A stretch of 64,000 nt of DNA, taken from assembly GCA_964016885.1 (NCBI GenBank), contig OZ024743.1, positions 53,196,001-53,260,000 on the forward strand, written 5' to 3'. This document shows positions 1 to 12,929 of the stretch, one piece after another; position 1 is the stretch's first letter, and every line of letters begins with the position of its first letter. The DNA comes from Eledone cirrhosa (lineage: Eukaryota). The notes under the pieces were generated by a model that was given only the letters and a program-made list of their open reading frames with translations, did not search any database and was not told where the DNA came from. Both the position numbers and the translations under genes were made by a program.

Positions 1-226
1 CCACATTGTAAAGTGGTTATGTATGTCGCAGTAAAAAGTACCCAGCACTCACTGTAAATGAGGTTGGAGTTAGGAAGGGCATCCAAACCAGAATCAGTTC
101 CAAACCAAACCAGAATCAGTTCTGTATAAGCAAGACAAGGTCACCTGACATTGCCCACAACAGGACAACTTGTCTAACCCATGGTAGTGTAGAAGAATGG
201 ATGTAAAACGGGGATGATGATGATGA
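1..226 (+). mobile_element. 3' tail of an RTE-partnered SINE/LINE ending in (GAT)n
   Basis: Contains gttaggaagggcatcc and acttgtctaacccatg...aaacgggatgatgatgat, also seen at 45950-46110 and reverse-complemented in the RTE 3' UTRs. Confidence 0.7.
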
Positions 227-1019
227 TATGTTATATCCGTTTCTGCTGATCCTCTTAAGTGACAAATCCCCTCCACAATGTATAATTATTGATGCCACAG
301 TTGTTGCTGTGGCTGCAAATGTCATGGCAACAATTACTGAATTCTTCTCTCCTCCCCATCTCCTCCTCCCTCCTCCATTCTCCACTTATTCCTCTATCTT
401 TCTATCTCCCTCACCTTCTTTCACTCTTTGTCCTCGTCTCTGTCTGTCTGTCTTTCTGCCAGTCCCTCTCTCCCACTCTTTATCTGTGTGTGTATGTGTA
501 TGTATGTGTGTATGTGTATGTATGTGTGTATATTTATGCGTGTGTGTGTGTGTGTGTGTGTGTCTGTGTGTCTTCCTGTAATTAAGAAAGTGACATTGTT
601 GTTTTAAGCCAGGCTGTACTCTCTCTCTGTCTGCATATGTGTCTGTGTCTGTAAGTGTGTGTAGGTGTGTGTATGTGTGTCTGTAAGTGTGTGTGTGTGT
701 GTCTGTAAGTGTGTGTACGTGTACATGAGCATGTAGGTGTGTGTGTACGTGGGTCTGTAAGTGTGTGTGTGTGTACATGTGTGTTTAGGTTTGTCTGTAA
801 GTGTGTGTGTACATGAGTGTGTAGGTGTGTGTGTGTGTATGTATGCATGTCTGTCTGTGTGTCTGATATATTTTATTCAGTAATGACAATCTGTTGTTGA
901 TGTGGATGTTGTTGTTACTGCTGCTTTCATTGGAGCTTCTGTTGTTGTTGTTGTTGTAAGACAGCCTTGCAGTATTTGTTCTACTTCTCCATGATCTGAG
1001 TTCAAAGCCTTTGAGGACA

Positions 1020-1656
1020 ACTTTATCTTTCCTTCTTTTGTGCACCCGAGTGTCTCAGTATTGCTGACCTGTTTATGTCAAGCTCTTTCTGTCCCGTGTA
1101 GAACAGATCTATCAACTGAGTCCATTGTGAAGATCACTCCGCCATCTTCCTTTAGAGGGGAACGACAGGCAGTCTTTATCTGCCTGGTGACCATGGCGAA
1201 AGAGGTCGTGTGTGGTCACATTTGAAAGAGTTGAAGACAAGCATTTTCCCCTTCAGTGAAGCCTTGATTAACTTTTTCAGGTTTCACTTGAAGAGGGAAA
1301 TCGGGGTGGAGAGGGAAGTGCAGCCTTCCAACCAGTTTGGTGAAAGTGGATGAGAGAGGCGAGCATGGTCCGTGTGAATGGGCCTGCCTTGAGCATACGT
1401 CTGTAGATTGGAGTGGAATAACTGGGAGAGGGCACTATGCCCTAGCAGACAGAGTGACCATGGCTTTTGTGGGATCTCTACATGAGTGACCCTTGGAGTC
1501 TCCACACCTTTGGGGAAGTTGTTATGTTTGTTTTAAATGTTTATTTTCTTAGTCACTTTTATAAATTATATTTTACACAAAGACAAACCGACACTGTATC
1601 ATCCTGTACCGTCTTTAATGTTTCCTTAATGTGAGCCCTGTGTGGCTAATAAAGAC
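1020..1656 (+). mobile_element. 3' fragment of an L1/Tx1-type LINE
   Basis: Similar to 12270-12870 (TESIVKITPP versus TESIVTIKPP; gtgaatgggcct); ends ccctgtgtggctAATAAAg like the other copies. Confidence 0.75.
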
Positions 1657-1687
1657 ATCATCACCATCATTATTATTATTATTATAG

Positions 1688-1905
1688 GGCGCTGGTTTGG
1701 CAGTATTGGTAGAGCGTCAGACACCATGCTTTGCAGCATAGAGTTATGGCCCTTTACATGTTGAGTTCGAATCCCGCCGAGGTTAACTTTACCTTTCATC
1801 CTTATGGGGTCAATAAAATAAAGTACCACTAATGCACTGGAGTCGATATAATTGAATTTCCCCTCCCCAAAATTGCTGGCCTTGTGCCTATAGCAGAAAT
1901 CATTA
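1688..1905 (+). mobile_element. tRNA-derived SINE (family with central cctttcatcctt..ggggtc.ataaaataaagtacc domain)
   Basis: A-box-like tggcagtattgg, B-box gagttcgaatcc and a conserved central domain; at least 12 copies in the window. Confidence 0.8.
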
Positions 1906-2011
1906 TTGTCACAACTTTGAGGGTCCTGAGTTGTGACACATTGTTTTCTTCAATATGTGGTTCTATTTTATTCCTTATGGTTTATTTTCCTTCTTATCTT
2001 CCCCACTCCAG

Positions 2012-2089
2012 ATCAAAAAACGGTGTGTGTTGGAATGTATTATATCCAGTGAGAAGTCATATATTGAAAGTCTCCAGCGAATACAACAA
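2012..2089 (+). CDS. ARHGEF10: ARHGEF10-like exon, start of DH domain (IKKRCVLECIISSEKSYIESLQRIQQ)
   Basis: Pyrimidine tract + cag acceptor at 2009-2011; donor CAA|gtaagt; phase 0/0; DH CR1 motif SEKSY. Confidence 0.88.
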
Positions 2090-2114
2090 GTAAGTTGATT
2101 GAAGCCTCTATAGT

Positions 2115-2510
2115 AAAATACCACATGATACAATACCACATGATACAGTACTACATGATACAGTACCACATGATACAGTACCACATGATACAATACTACA
2201 TGATACAATACCATATGATACAATACCACATGATACAATACTACATGATACAGTGCTACATGATACAATACCTCATGATACAGTACTACATGATACAATA
2301 TCACATAATACAATACCACATGATACAATACCACATGATACAGTGCTACAGGATACAATACCTCATGATACAGTACTACATGATACAATACTACATGATA
2401 CAATACTACATAATACAATACCACATAATACAATACCACATAATACAATACCACATGATGCAGTACCACATGATACAGTACCACATGATACAATACCACA
2501 TGATATATAA
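2115..2510. repeat. 15-bp minisatellite (atacaataccacatg)n
   Basis: Direct inspection; it produces the MIQYH/VVLYH pseudo-ORFs. Confidence 0.95.
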
Positions 2511-2584
2511 TCACGTAATACAATACAACAAATAAGTTTATTAAGTCCTCTATAGTACAAAATTACATGATATATTATTAAAGA

Positions 2585-3968
2585 ATACAATACAATATCA
2601 TAGAGTACAATATCATATCATAGAGTAGAGTACAATATCGTAAATACAATGTCATAGAGTACAGTACAATATCATAGAGTACAGTATAATATCATAGAGT
2701 ACAATACAATATCATAGAGTACAATATAATATCATAGAGTACAATACAATATCATAGAGTACAATATAATATCATAGAGTACAATACAATATCATAGAGT
2801 ACAATATAATATCATAGAGTACAATACAATATCATAGAGTACAATATAATATCATAGAGTACAATACAATATCATAGAGTACAATGCAATAACATAAAGT
2901 ACAGTATAATATCATACAGTACAATATAATATCATAGAGTACAATACATTATCATAGAGTACAATATAATATCATACAGTATAATATAATATCATAGAGT
3001 ACAATATAATATCATACAGTACAATACAATATCATAGAGTACAATACAATATCATAGAGTACAGTATAATATCATACAGTACAATATCATAGAGTATAGT
3101 ATAATATAGAGTACCATACAATATCATACAGTACAATACAATATCATAGAGTACAATACAATATCATAGAGTACAATACAATATCATACAGTACAATACA
3201 ATATCATTGAGTACAATACAATATCATAGAGTACAATATAATATCATAGAGTACCATACAATATCATAGAGTCCAACACAATATCATAGAGTACAATATA
3301 ATATCATAGAGTACAATACAATATCATAGAGTACAATGCAATATCATACAGTACCATACAATATCATAGAGTACAATACAATATCATAGAGTATAATATA
3401 ATATCATAGAGTACAATATAATATAGAGTACAATATAATATCATAGAGTACAATACAATATCATAGAGTACAATGCAATATCATACAGTACCATGCAATA
3501 TCATAGAGTACAATACAATATCATACAGTACAATACAATATCATACAGTACCATACAATATCATAGAGTACAGTACAATATCATAGAGTACAATATAATA
3601 TCATAGAGTACAATACAATATCATAGAGTACAATACAATATCAGAGTACAATATAATATCTTAGAGTACAATACAATATCGTAGAATATAATATAATATC
3701 ATAGAGTACAATATAATATCATAGAGTACAATATAATATCATAGAGTACCATACAATATCATAGAGTACCATACAATATCATAGAATACAATATAATATC
3801 ATAGAGTACCATACAATATCATAGAGTACAATACAATATCATAAAGTACAGTATAATATCGCACAGTACAATATCATAGAGTACAATATAATATCATAGA
3901 GTACAATATAATATCATAGAGTACAATACAATATCATAGAGTACAATACAATATCATAGAATATAATA
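2585..3968. repeat. 20-bp minisatellite (acaatacaatatcatagagt)n
   Basis: Direct inspection; stays in register with the 60-nt lines. Confidence 0.95.
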
Positions 3969-4007
3969 TACCAAGTAAGTTGGTCAGGATCTCGATATTA
4001 CAAAACT

Positions 4008-5037
4008 GCATCAACAATAACATCAATAACATCACCAACACCACCACAAACAACAACACAACCACCAACAACAACAGCTCCACCATAAACAACACCAACA
4101 CCACCACCACCACCAACATCAACACCACTTCAAACAAAACTAACACCACCACCACCACCACCACCACACAACAACACCACCACCACCAACGACAACACCA
4201 CCTCAAACAACACTAACACCACCACCACCACAAACAACAACAACACCACCACCAACATCAACACCACCACAAACAACAACAACACCACCACTAACACCAC
4301 CACCACTAACATCAACACCACCACAAACAACAACAACACCACCACTAACACCACCACCACCAACATCAACACCACCACAAACAACAACACCACCAGCACC
4401 ACCAACATCAACACCACCTCAAATAACACTAACACCACCACCACCACCACAAACAACAACACCACCACTAACACCACCACGACCACCACCACCACCACAA
4501 ACAACATCAACACCACCACTAACACCACCACCACCACCACCACCACAAACAACAACAACACCACCACTAACACCACCACGACCACCACCACCACCACCAC
4601 AAACAACAACAACACCACCACTAACACCACCACCACCACCACCACCACCACCACAAACAACAACAAAACTACCACTAACACCACCACGACCACCAACAAC
4701 ATCAACACCACCACTAACACCACCACCACCACCACCACCACAAACAACAACAACACCACCACTAACACCACCACGACCACCACCACCACCACCACCACCA
4801 CAAACAACAACAACACCACCACTAACACCACCACCACCACAAACAACAACAAAACTACCACTAACACCACCACCACCACCAACAACATCAACACCACCAC
4901 AAACACCACCACCACCACCAACATCAACACCACCTCAAACAACACTAACATCACCACCACCACCACCACCACCACCATCACCACCAACATCAAGACCACC
5001 TCAAACAACACCACCACCACCACCACCACCATCACCA
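4008..5037. repeat. Compound (CAC)n/(CAA)n trinucleotide repeat
   Basis: Direct inspection. Confidence 0.95.
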
Positions 5038-5104
5038 TACAGTACATAGACAGACATGGTTTCAAAGTAACCCTCACTCTCTAATATATACGGTGATATT
5101 TCAG

Positions 5105-5278
5105 GATTATGAAACTCCAATCCTGGAAGCTGTTGATCTACAGAAATCAAAAGTGAAGAGTTCTCTCCAGAAATTACGTGAGATCTTAAATTACCATCAC
5201 ATGTTCCAGATAGAACTAGCAAACCGTGTCAATGATTGGCGAGAAGAAAATATCATTGGAGATATCTTCATTGCTTCA
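5105..5278 (+). CDS. ARHGEF10: ARHGEF10-like exon, DH domain (DYETPILE...HHMFQIELANRVNDW...IGDIFIAS)
   Basis: ttcag acceptor, TCA|gtatgt donor, 174 nt, phase 0/0; matches ARHGEF10 EILxxHxxFQIxLAxRVxxW...IGDVFVAS. Confidence 0.93.
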
Positions 5279-5290
5279 GTATGTGTTTTG

Positions 5291-5359
<69 letters not shown>

Positions 5360-5427
5360 CATTTTTCATTTCATTTTCATTTCATTTTACGTCCACTTTT
5401 TCCCTGCTTGCAAGGGTGGGACGGGAA

Positions 5428-5501
<74 letters not shown>

Positions 5502-5655
5502 GATAACAACTTATCGTTATAGGTAATCCAGTTAGAGGTTGTGAATACTCCGTATTGTGGATAGTTTCAGCGTACGCCATTGTTTGACTCAACAAGAGGT
5601 TTCCTTAGGTAGCGAGTTCTCGGGAATTCCTATGCAAGTTAATCTTGGAGTAATA

Positions 5656-5949
5656 ATAGTGAAAGAGTGAAGAATAACATGGTCAACAGTACAAAAAGGC
5701 TTTATTTACAGTATTAACAATTGTTTCATTGATTAAGTTGTCTAAAAATTGCTAATCACTTGAAGTAGTGTCATAATAATAATGTAATTTTCGGATGATT
5801 TGGTTAAGCATACATTGTATTTAAAATTGAGTGACACAACTTCAAGTGATTAGCAATTTTTAGACAACTTAATCAATGAAACAATTGTTAATACTGTAAA
5901 TAAACCCTTTTTGTACTGTTGACCATGTTATTCTTCACTCTTTCACTAT
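5656..5949. repeat. Inverted repeat, 118-bp arms (5656-5773 / 5832-5949)
   Basis: Arms are near-perfect reverse complements (atagtgaaagagtgaagaataacatggtc... / ...gaccatgttattcttcactctttcactat). Confidence 0.9.
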
Positions 5950-6103
5950 ATATATATGAAGTATTTCCGTAGGAAAGGTAAAGGAAAAGAGAGTGCTCTA
6001 TGTAGATTACAGAGCTTTTTAGTTATGTAATAAACAACAAATGTTGTTTATTACATATATTGTTGTTTATTATATATATAAATATACAATATATTAATAA
6101 ATA

Positions 6104-6246
6104 GAAACTATATTTATAAAACCATAATGATTTTATTATATATATTTCAAGGGCAACCAGCTATCTGATGAAAGCGCACCAAGATTGGCTTGGTCGCCCT
6201 TGAAATATATATAATAAAATAATTATGGTTTTATAAATATAGTTTC
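6104..6246. repeat. Inverted repeat, about 56-bp arms
   Basis: gaaactatatttataaaaccataat...ttcaagggcaacca / tggtcgcccttgaa...attatggttttataaatatagtttc. Confidence 0.85.
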
Positions 6247-6804
6247 CATTCATATATATTGAATATTTAAGACTGATACAAGTATACATGTGTTCGAATT
6301 GCAAATGACCAAGTTAGCTAGGTTGAAAAATACTATATTAAAATAATATGGTTTGCCTGTCTCAATTTAAAATAATAAATCAATAAAAATAACAAACCTA
6401 TATTGGCAATGGCCGTGATACCCGGACAAATTCTAAATATGTTTCGCAACAATTATTAAGTGAAAGTCACTATTCCTGTGCTCTTCTGCAGGTATCCAGA
6501 AAATTGGTACCTTTCACTTCAAAATACTTAAGAAGACTGAGAGATATGTGTTGTTGAACGCACATGTGTCACAGTGCCTAACCCGTCTCATACTCGTGCC
6601 GCTAAAAATAGCAGCCGGTTTTATGGGACTAAAATTAGCTCTACGTATGGAGCCGATAATATTATATATTGAGTTATAAACTCAAAATAGTCTTTTACAA
6701 TTAAATAGCTCAAAGAAGGGAATATTTCCGAGCCGTGTAATACAAATGAATATATGATTGGGATAAACACTGATACAAGTATGCATGTGTTCGACTGCTA
6801 TTTT

Positions 6805-7237
6805 TATGGTGGACGAGGTTAAAAGGGCTGAGGTCAGACACCTTTCTCTCTGGCCAACAACTGATTCTTTTTTTTCAAATACCACTTTGGAAGAAGAATT
6901 AGGATGGAGAGAGAGGTGCTGTACCCCAGCAAGTTTTATGAAAGGTGGGTGAAAGTGGCGAGAATGGCCCGAGTGAATGGGCCTTCTCTCTATATCAACC
7001 TGTAGGTTGAGGAAAAAGAGGAAGAGAGGAAAGGGGTACAAACTCTTCGTACTCCTGGAGATGAGGGTTCCACATTTTTTCGGGGGTATGTGTTACCCAT
7101 ATGTAATGTCTCTCCTTATTGGGGAAAATCGATTCATTTTTAAATTGTATTTGTGATAGTATTTTACATGTTTTTATTGTATGTAAACTTCCCCCTTTGT
7201 CCCCTTCTTTTGTGCCCCTGTGGCTAATAAAGAAACA
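6805..7237 (+). mobile_element. 3' fragment of the same L1/Tx1-type LINE family
   Basis: Closely matches 12445-12870 (aaaagggctgaggtc.gacacctttct...gtgaatgggccttctctcta); ends gtgcccctgtggctAATAAAgaaa. Confidence 0.85.
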
Positions 7238-7453
7238 TATCTATCTGTCTGTCTGTCTGTCTGCATCTGTCTGTCTGTCGTTGATAGTAGATGTCTTTCA
7301 CATCGGCTCTTCGATTTTGAATCATTACTTGGTTATTTGTGAGTGTATTATTTGAATTTTGTCATTATTGTTGACTCTAACCCCTCGTCTGGGACTGTAG
7401 ACGTAGGGTAAATATATTTTCCCCCCTTTTGGGGTGAAAATCTTTAATTTAAA

Positions 7454-9229
7454 ATGTTTATCGATATCGTTGAAAACGAGGAAGCCATCTTGCAAGCTAA
7501 CGCCATGCCCACCAAAAAAAGCGAGAAAGTGGGAACAACAATTCAAACGGTTGAACAACCCTTCCTCTCGAATGGAAAAAAGACTGTTAATTCGAGTGAA
7601 AACCCAAATTTTGAAAAAAATAACAAGGAAAAAAATACCACAAAAGATGAAACCAACAACATTGCAACAACAAGCAACAATGAACGAAACGAAAGCAACA
7701 AAGACAGCAAAGTTTCTTTTGCCCAAACGGTCAGGAAAGCTATCGAATACAAGCCCATAGACATTACTAACGCTAAGCAGAACTTGCTAAATGCCAGAAA
7801 ATACGTATCTTTTGGGGAGGATGGTTCTTTTACGATCAACTCCCCAGAAGAAGTTCGTCAACAGGTATATAGGAATACCATAACCTTCAGGACTATATCC
7901 AACGCAACAAGAAAGCCAGCTCAATTGACAGAAAGTCAAATTGAGCTGGTTCTGAAAGACATAAAAAAAGACATACTCTTTATTGAAAGAGGAAAGCTGT
8001 ATGCCAGCATTATGATGAAATCCTGGCTCAAAAATGCTCGGTGGCACCTATAGTGTCACCACAATACACCTTCTTCCCCACATATAAAGGAAGAAGAACA
8101 CAAAGACTAAGAATGTGGAGCTCAATGCCAGAAGTAAACATCTGGTCCGTCCTGACAGGATTCACGGACCTAGAAAAGGACATCCTAATATCAGCAGGTG
8201 AGTCCACCAGTGGACTGTTCTGGGGGAAAAGTCTGGAGGTTCTCTTGCAGATGACACCTGAGAGAATCGCCGGAATACCCGACTGAGTACTACTGGATGG
8301 TCGAACCTTTATTAATATTACGGTGGAAGGCAGGAGGCCCTCATGTTACCACTGCGCTGGCAGAGGTCACCTGAGGACTGCCTGCCCTCTACTAACAACA
8401 AAAAAAACCACTCCTACAAACACCACAACAACAACAAAAACAACCAGCACCACCACCACATAAACAACAAAATACACCACCATCACCACCACAACGACAA
8501 CAAAAACCAACAACACCACCTCCAGCACCACCACCACAACAACAACATCAACAACAACAGCTCAAGAAAACAACCCAAAACACGGTCCCACCCAGCCCCT
8601 CCCCACAGTACACAAATACAAAAACACACGCAGTGCATACACAACCTGGCAATATACCCCTCCCCTCCAATACGGAAGAGGAGCTCATGTCCTCGGAAGA
8701 CGAGGGGGCTCCCTTCCAAAAAGTCAAAAGGAAAAAACGTACACACACCACACAAACAAAAATAACCCCACCTGACAACACAACACAGACAACAAAACGC
8801 AAGCTCACTCAAGAACAACAAGCAAAAACAAACACAACAACACAAAAACTCTACACATACATAAACAAAAACAATAAAAACTTAACAGAAAAAATAGACA
8901 ACAACCCTTCGGTACAAACCGAAGGGCCGAATTTTGCAATAGCAATGGGACTCCCTAACCTGAAAATGGTGAAAGTCCCACTTGACATTTTCAAAACATT
9001 GAAAAACATTTACCCTGAGGACGTGGGGCCACCCTGCACCAGGCAACTCAACCGCGTCCTCCTGAAAGGTTTTCCCCTCCCCTCATCAAACACCCACACA
9101 ATTCCAAACACCCCAACCCCACCACACACTAATACCCCCACACCACCACAAACCACCACCCCACCCAACAACCCCTCCACCACCCCCATGGAAACTGAAC
9201 AACCCGGACCCCGGGACGCAGAGAGGTAA
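7454..9229 (+). pseudogene. LINE ORF1 (gag-like, CCHC zinc knuckle), frameshifted
   Basis: Split over ORFs 7454-8053, 8041-8286 and 8633-9229; CX2CX4HX4C knuckle. Confidence 0.75.
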
Positions 9230-9252
9230 GTTCCTCTTTCTTTGCCACCAAC

Positions 9253-12200
9253 ATGGCTGTGTTAAGAGTAGGTTGTCTAAATGCGCGTGGCCTGGGCTCA
9301 CCTTGGAAGCAAGCTAAACTTCTAAATGACGATGTATAAATGTGATGGTTATTTGCGAGGCCCGGATCAGCAGCGTGCGACAACTAGCCCCCACCTTTGA
9401 TGACTTTGAGATGCACGCATCTCTCTGTCAGCCCGGAGGTGGGGTGGGGTTGTCGTTCTGCTGCAAAAACATCTGGGTCTCGCTACACAGACGGTACACT
9501 TGGACCCGGAGGGTCGACTCGTGGTTCTGGACCTTGGCAGTGGTGAAGGCGAAGCTTTTAGGCTTGTCGCCGTTTACACCCCTTTTGGGGCAATGCGGTC
9601 GGACTTCTTCCATCGTCTGGAGACTTTTCTAAAGCTCCTTGCTTTTAGTGGGGGACTGGAATGGTATCCTAGATGCACGTTGGGACTATGTAGGGGCATG
9701 TCCCGATAGAGGGGGGTGTAACAACCTCAAGGGGTTAATCGACCGATTTGACCTGGCCGATAGATATTGACTAGATTTTCCGACTGTGCCAACCTGGACT
9801 TGGACAAATAATAGCGGTCAATCTAGATCGTACCTAGATAGGTTCTTAGTTAGAATTAAGGATAGTGACTTTTTAAGTTGTCCAGAAATGCTCATGGTGG
9901 GCTATTCAGACCACAAGTTAGTGACCTGCATAGTCTACCTTGATAGAACGCATAGGCAGGGACCCGGTTACTGGAAGCTCAACTTGTCCTTACCGGCAAG
10001 TAGAGCTTACAGGGACCCGATTAGAACCTTAGTTAAGGAGCGGTTGACGGGCGCCATCGTCAACAGCAGGTGGTGGGGCTCTCTAAAAAGAGAGATTAGA
10101 GTAGTTTCAATAGGAGTTAGTAAGGAGTTAGCCTCAGATAGAAATAGGAAGGAAAGGGAGTTGGTAGTTAATGTTGAAGAGGCAATGAGAAGCGGCAACG
10201 TGGCCAGAGTGCAAGCGTTGAGAACGGCCTTGAGCCAGTTCTTCGACGCGAAACACGAAGGCTGCGTTGTCCGAAGCAAAATACGTGCTCTGGGAAATGA
10301 GGGGACCAAAGCTGTTAACTGGGCCCACGTGACAGAAGCCAAAAGTGGGATTAGATCCACTATCCGGTCTTTGCGAGACCAGGATGGACGGGTGATCCTT
10401 GAACCTAAGCAAATGTGCGAGGCCTTTCAAAGGCACTTTGCCCAATTGTTCGGGAGGGGCGGGGGGCCGGTTGGAGATGTGGATTTCGGTCCATACCTCG
10501 ACGACCTGCCGCATCTTTCAGACAAGGAGGCGAGGTCCTGCGACGGGCTGATCTCAGCTGCTGAAATAGGGGACATGCTGAGCCTATGTGGCAAACGCAA
10601 ATCTCCAGGGCTCGATGGTCTGCCCTACGAACTATATATTAATATGCCGGACTTGTTCCCCGAGGCGGTCTACTGCAACTGGCAACAGAATGGGAGAATT
10701 CCCTGTTCTGTGACCAAGGGTGTGGTCTCGCTAGTGAGGAAGGAGGAGAACAAGGGGGATGACATTAGTAATTTTAGGCCCATAACTCTGCTAAATGCAG
10801 AGTTAAAGGTTTTGGCCAAGGTGTTAGCGAAGAGGTTGGCGCTTGTCGTGGGGGGCCTGGTGGGAGATGCGCAGACATGCGCTATCCCGTCCAGGTCCAT
10901 CCACGACAACCTCCACCTCATGCGATACATCATAGAGAGGGTTGGTAACGAACCCGGCTTTGGTGGGGGCCCTGATAAATTTAGATCAGTCTAAAGCTTT
11001 CGATAGGGTGGACCATGGTTACCTGGATGCGGTGCTAGCGGCGGCTGGTTTCGGACCCATTTTCAGGGGCTGGATCACTGCCATGCACAGCAGCCACATC
11101 TGCTCTAGAGTCAAGGTGAACGGCTATCTCTCGGAGCCGTTCGAAATCACCCGCTCCATCCGACAGGGGTGCCCTCTCTCCTCCCTTCTGTATGTATTGG
11201 CTCTCGAGCCACTACTGCGGAAGTTGGAGTTGTTGCAGGGCATCCCTTTGGAACTGGGATTGCGCAAAGCAGTGTCGGCCTACTCCGATGACGTAACAGT
11301 AATGGTGTCGACCACCGTGGAAATCGAGGCAATCGGCACCTTACTGGAGGAGTACGAAAGGTTGACAGGGGCTAAGCTGAACCGGGACAAGTCAGTCGCT
11401 TTGCAACTCGGCGAGTGGAGGGGCAAACCGATGTCGTCCGATGGTATCGTCAGACGGTGGACGGAGGGCCCGGTGAAGTTGCTTGGGATCTGGTTCGGAC
11501 CGGACCTCCAGGTGGAGAAAAACTGGGGTGAGATGACGAATAGAAGTGGGCCGAGTGCAAACTATCCCTGAAAGGTCGGGCGGAGGTGGCGAACGCTTAA
11601 ATAGCGTCCGTCATCTATTACCGCTTGACTGTCGTGCCTTGCCCGGGTGAGATCCTCACCAAAATGGAGTGCGCTCTCTTTCACTTCCTTTGGAAGAAGG
11701 GGTCTCCCTTGGTGAGGAGATCCATCTGCTGTCAACACCCTTTGAAAGGAGGGCTTGGGATGCCGTGGCTGAAAATGCGTAAACACGCATTGAGGCTACG
11801 GCACCTTCAGGTATTCCTCACCAGTCAACTGGTGTGGGCCCTGTTTGTGAGGCGTGCCTTCCCGAGGCTCGTCTCGCTCACCGAGCTGCAGTCCTGGGTG
11901 AAGCAAAGACCGAGAAAACTGGGCGACTGGCATACCGAGTGTGCCCAGGCGCTCACGGCTCTCTGGTAGGCAGACCCGGCTATCGGTGGAGACTCCACCT
12001 CGTCATTCTATAGAGGGCTGGTGGTTAGCAGGTGCGACGACGCCTTCGGAGAAACCCTAGGCATGGAGGAGGACGAACAGGTCAGCCTATTCGGTAGGAC
12101 TTTCGGACCGGGACCTATGGACAACTTCCAGAAGTCCTTGGCCTGGCAGTGCTACTGAGGGGCTCTGCCCGTTCGGGATAAGCTCTACAGACACGGGCGC

Positions 12201-12644
12201 CCGGGTAGGGACCCCTCGAAAAAGATCTGTCCCAGATGCGTGCGCGACGAGGAAACCGTCGCGCACGCATTGGTGCACTGCCCGGGCCTTACCGATCTGT
12301 GGGGCTATGTCGAACAACTGCTGTCACGGGTGGGACCAATTAGGTTGCCCACTGAGTCCATTGTAACGATCAAGCCGCCTCCCCCCTTCAAAAATGAAGG
12401 AGAGGTGGTCTTCCTCTGTGTAATAGCCATGGTAAAATAGGTTATATGGTGGACGCGTCTAAAAGGGCTGAGGTCGGACACCTTTCTTTCCGGCCAACAA
12501 CTGGTCCTTTTCTTCCAATACCATTTCGAAAGAAGGATCAGGATGGAGAGAGAGGTGCTGCACTCCAGCCAGTTTTATGAAAGGTGGGTGAAAGTTGCGA
12601 GGATGGCCCGTGTGAATGGGCCTTCTCTCTACCTCAGCCTGTAG
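9253..12644 (+). pseudogene. LINE ORF2 (APE endonuclease, reverse transcriptase, zinc finger), disrupted
   Basis: Fragments 9786-10994, 10942-11571, 11625-11969 and 12240-12440 carry consecutive L1/Tx1 ORF2 motifs. Confidence 0.9.
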
Positions 12645-12929
12645 GTGGAAAAGGAAGAAGGGAGCACCCTCTCTTTGTGCTCCCGTGGAGAATGGTCGCA
12701 CATTTTTTTTTTCGGGTGTGTGTGTGACCCCAAAACGATCCCTCCCTATTGAGGACCTTGTTGTTACAATTTTATTTATTACATTTTTCTTACTCGAATT
12801 ATATGTAAACTCCCCCCCCCCCCATGTACATGTCCCTTTCTTTTGTGCCCTCGTGGCAAATAAACAGAAATTTGTCTGCCTGTCTGTCTGTCTGTCTGTT
12901 TATATATCTGCCTGTATATATATCTACAG

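Larger units (their letters stand above)
7280..12870 (+). mobile_element. Near-full-length, decayed L1/Tx1-clade non-LTR retrotransposon (ORF1 + ORF2)
   Basis: ORF1 from 7454 with gag knuckle CYHCAGRGHLRTAC (about 8344). ORF2 from 9253 (MAVLRVGCLNARGL) with APE motifs SYLDRF and SDH, GPGYWKLN, RT motifs SPGLDGLPYE, FRPITLLN, DQSKAFDRV, RQGCPLS and YSDD, and C-terminal CPRC..ETVAHALVHC. AATAAA at 12859. Several frameshifts and stops. Confidence 0.93.

Noticed and set aside
1975-5077. VVLYH/MIQYH and poly-Val ORFs
   Set aside because: Minisatellite and (CAC/CAA)n translations.
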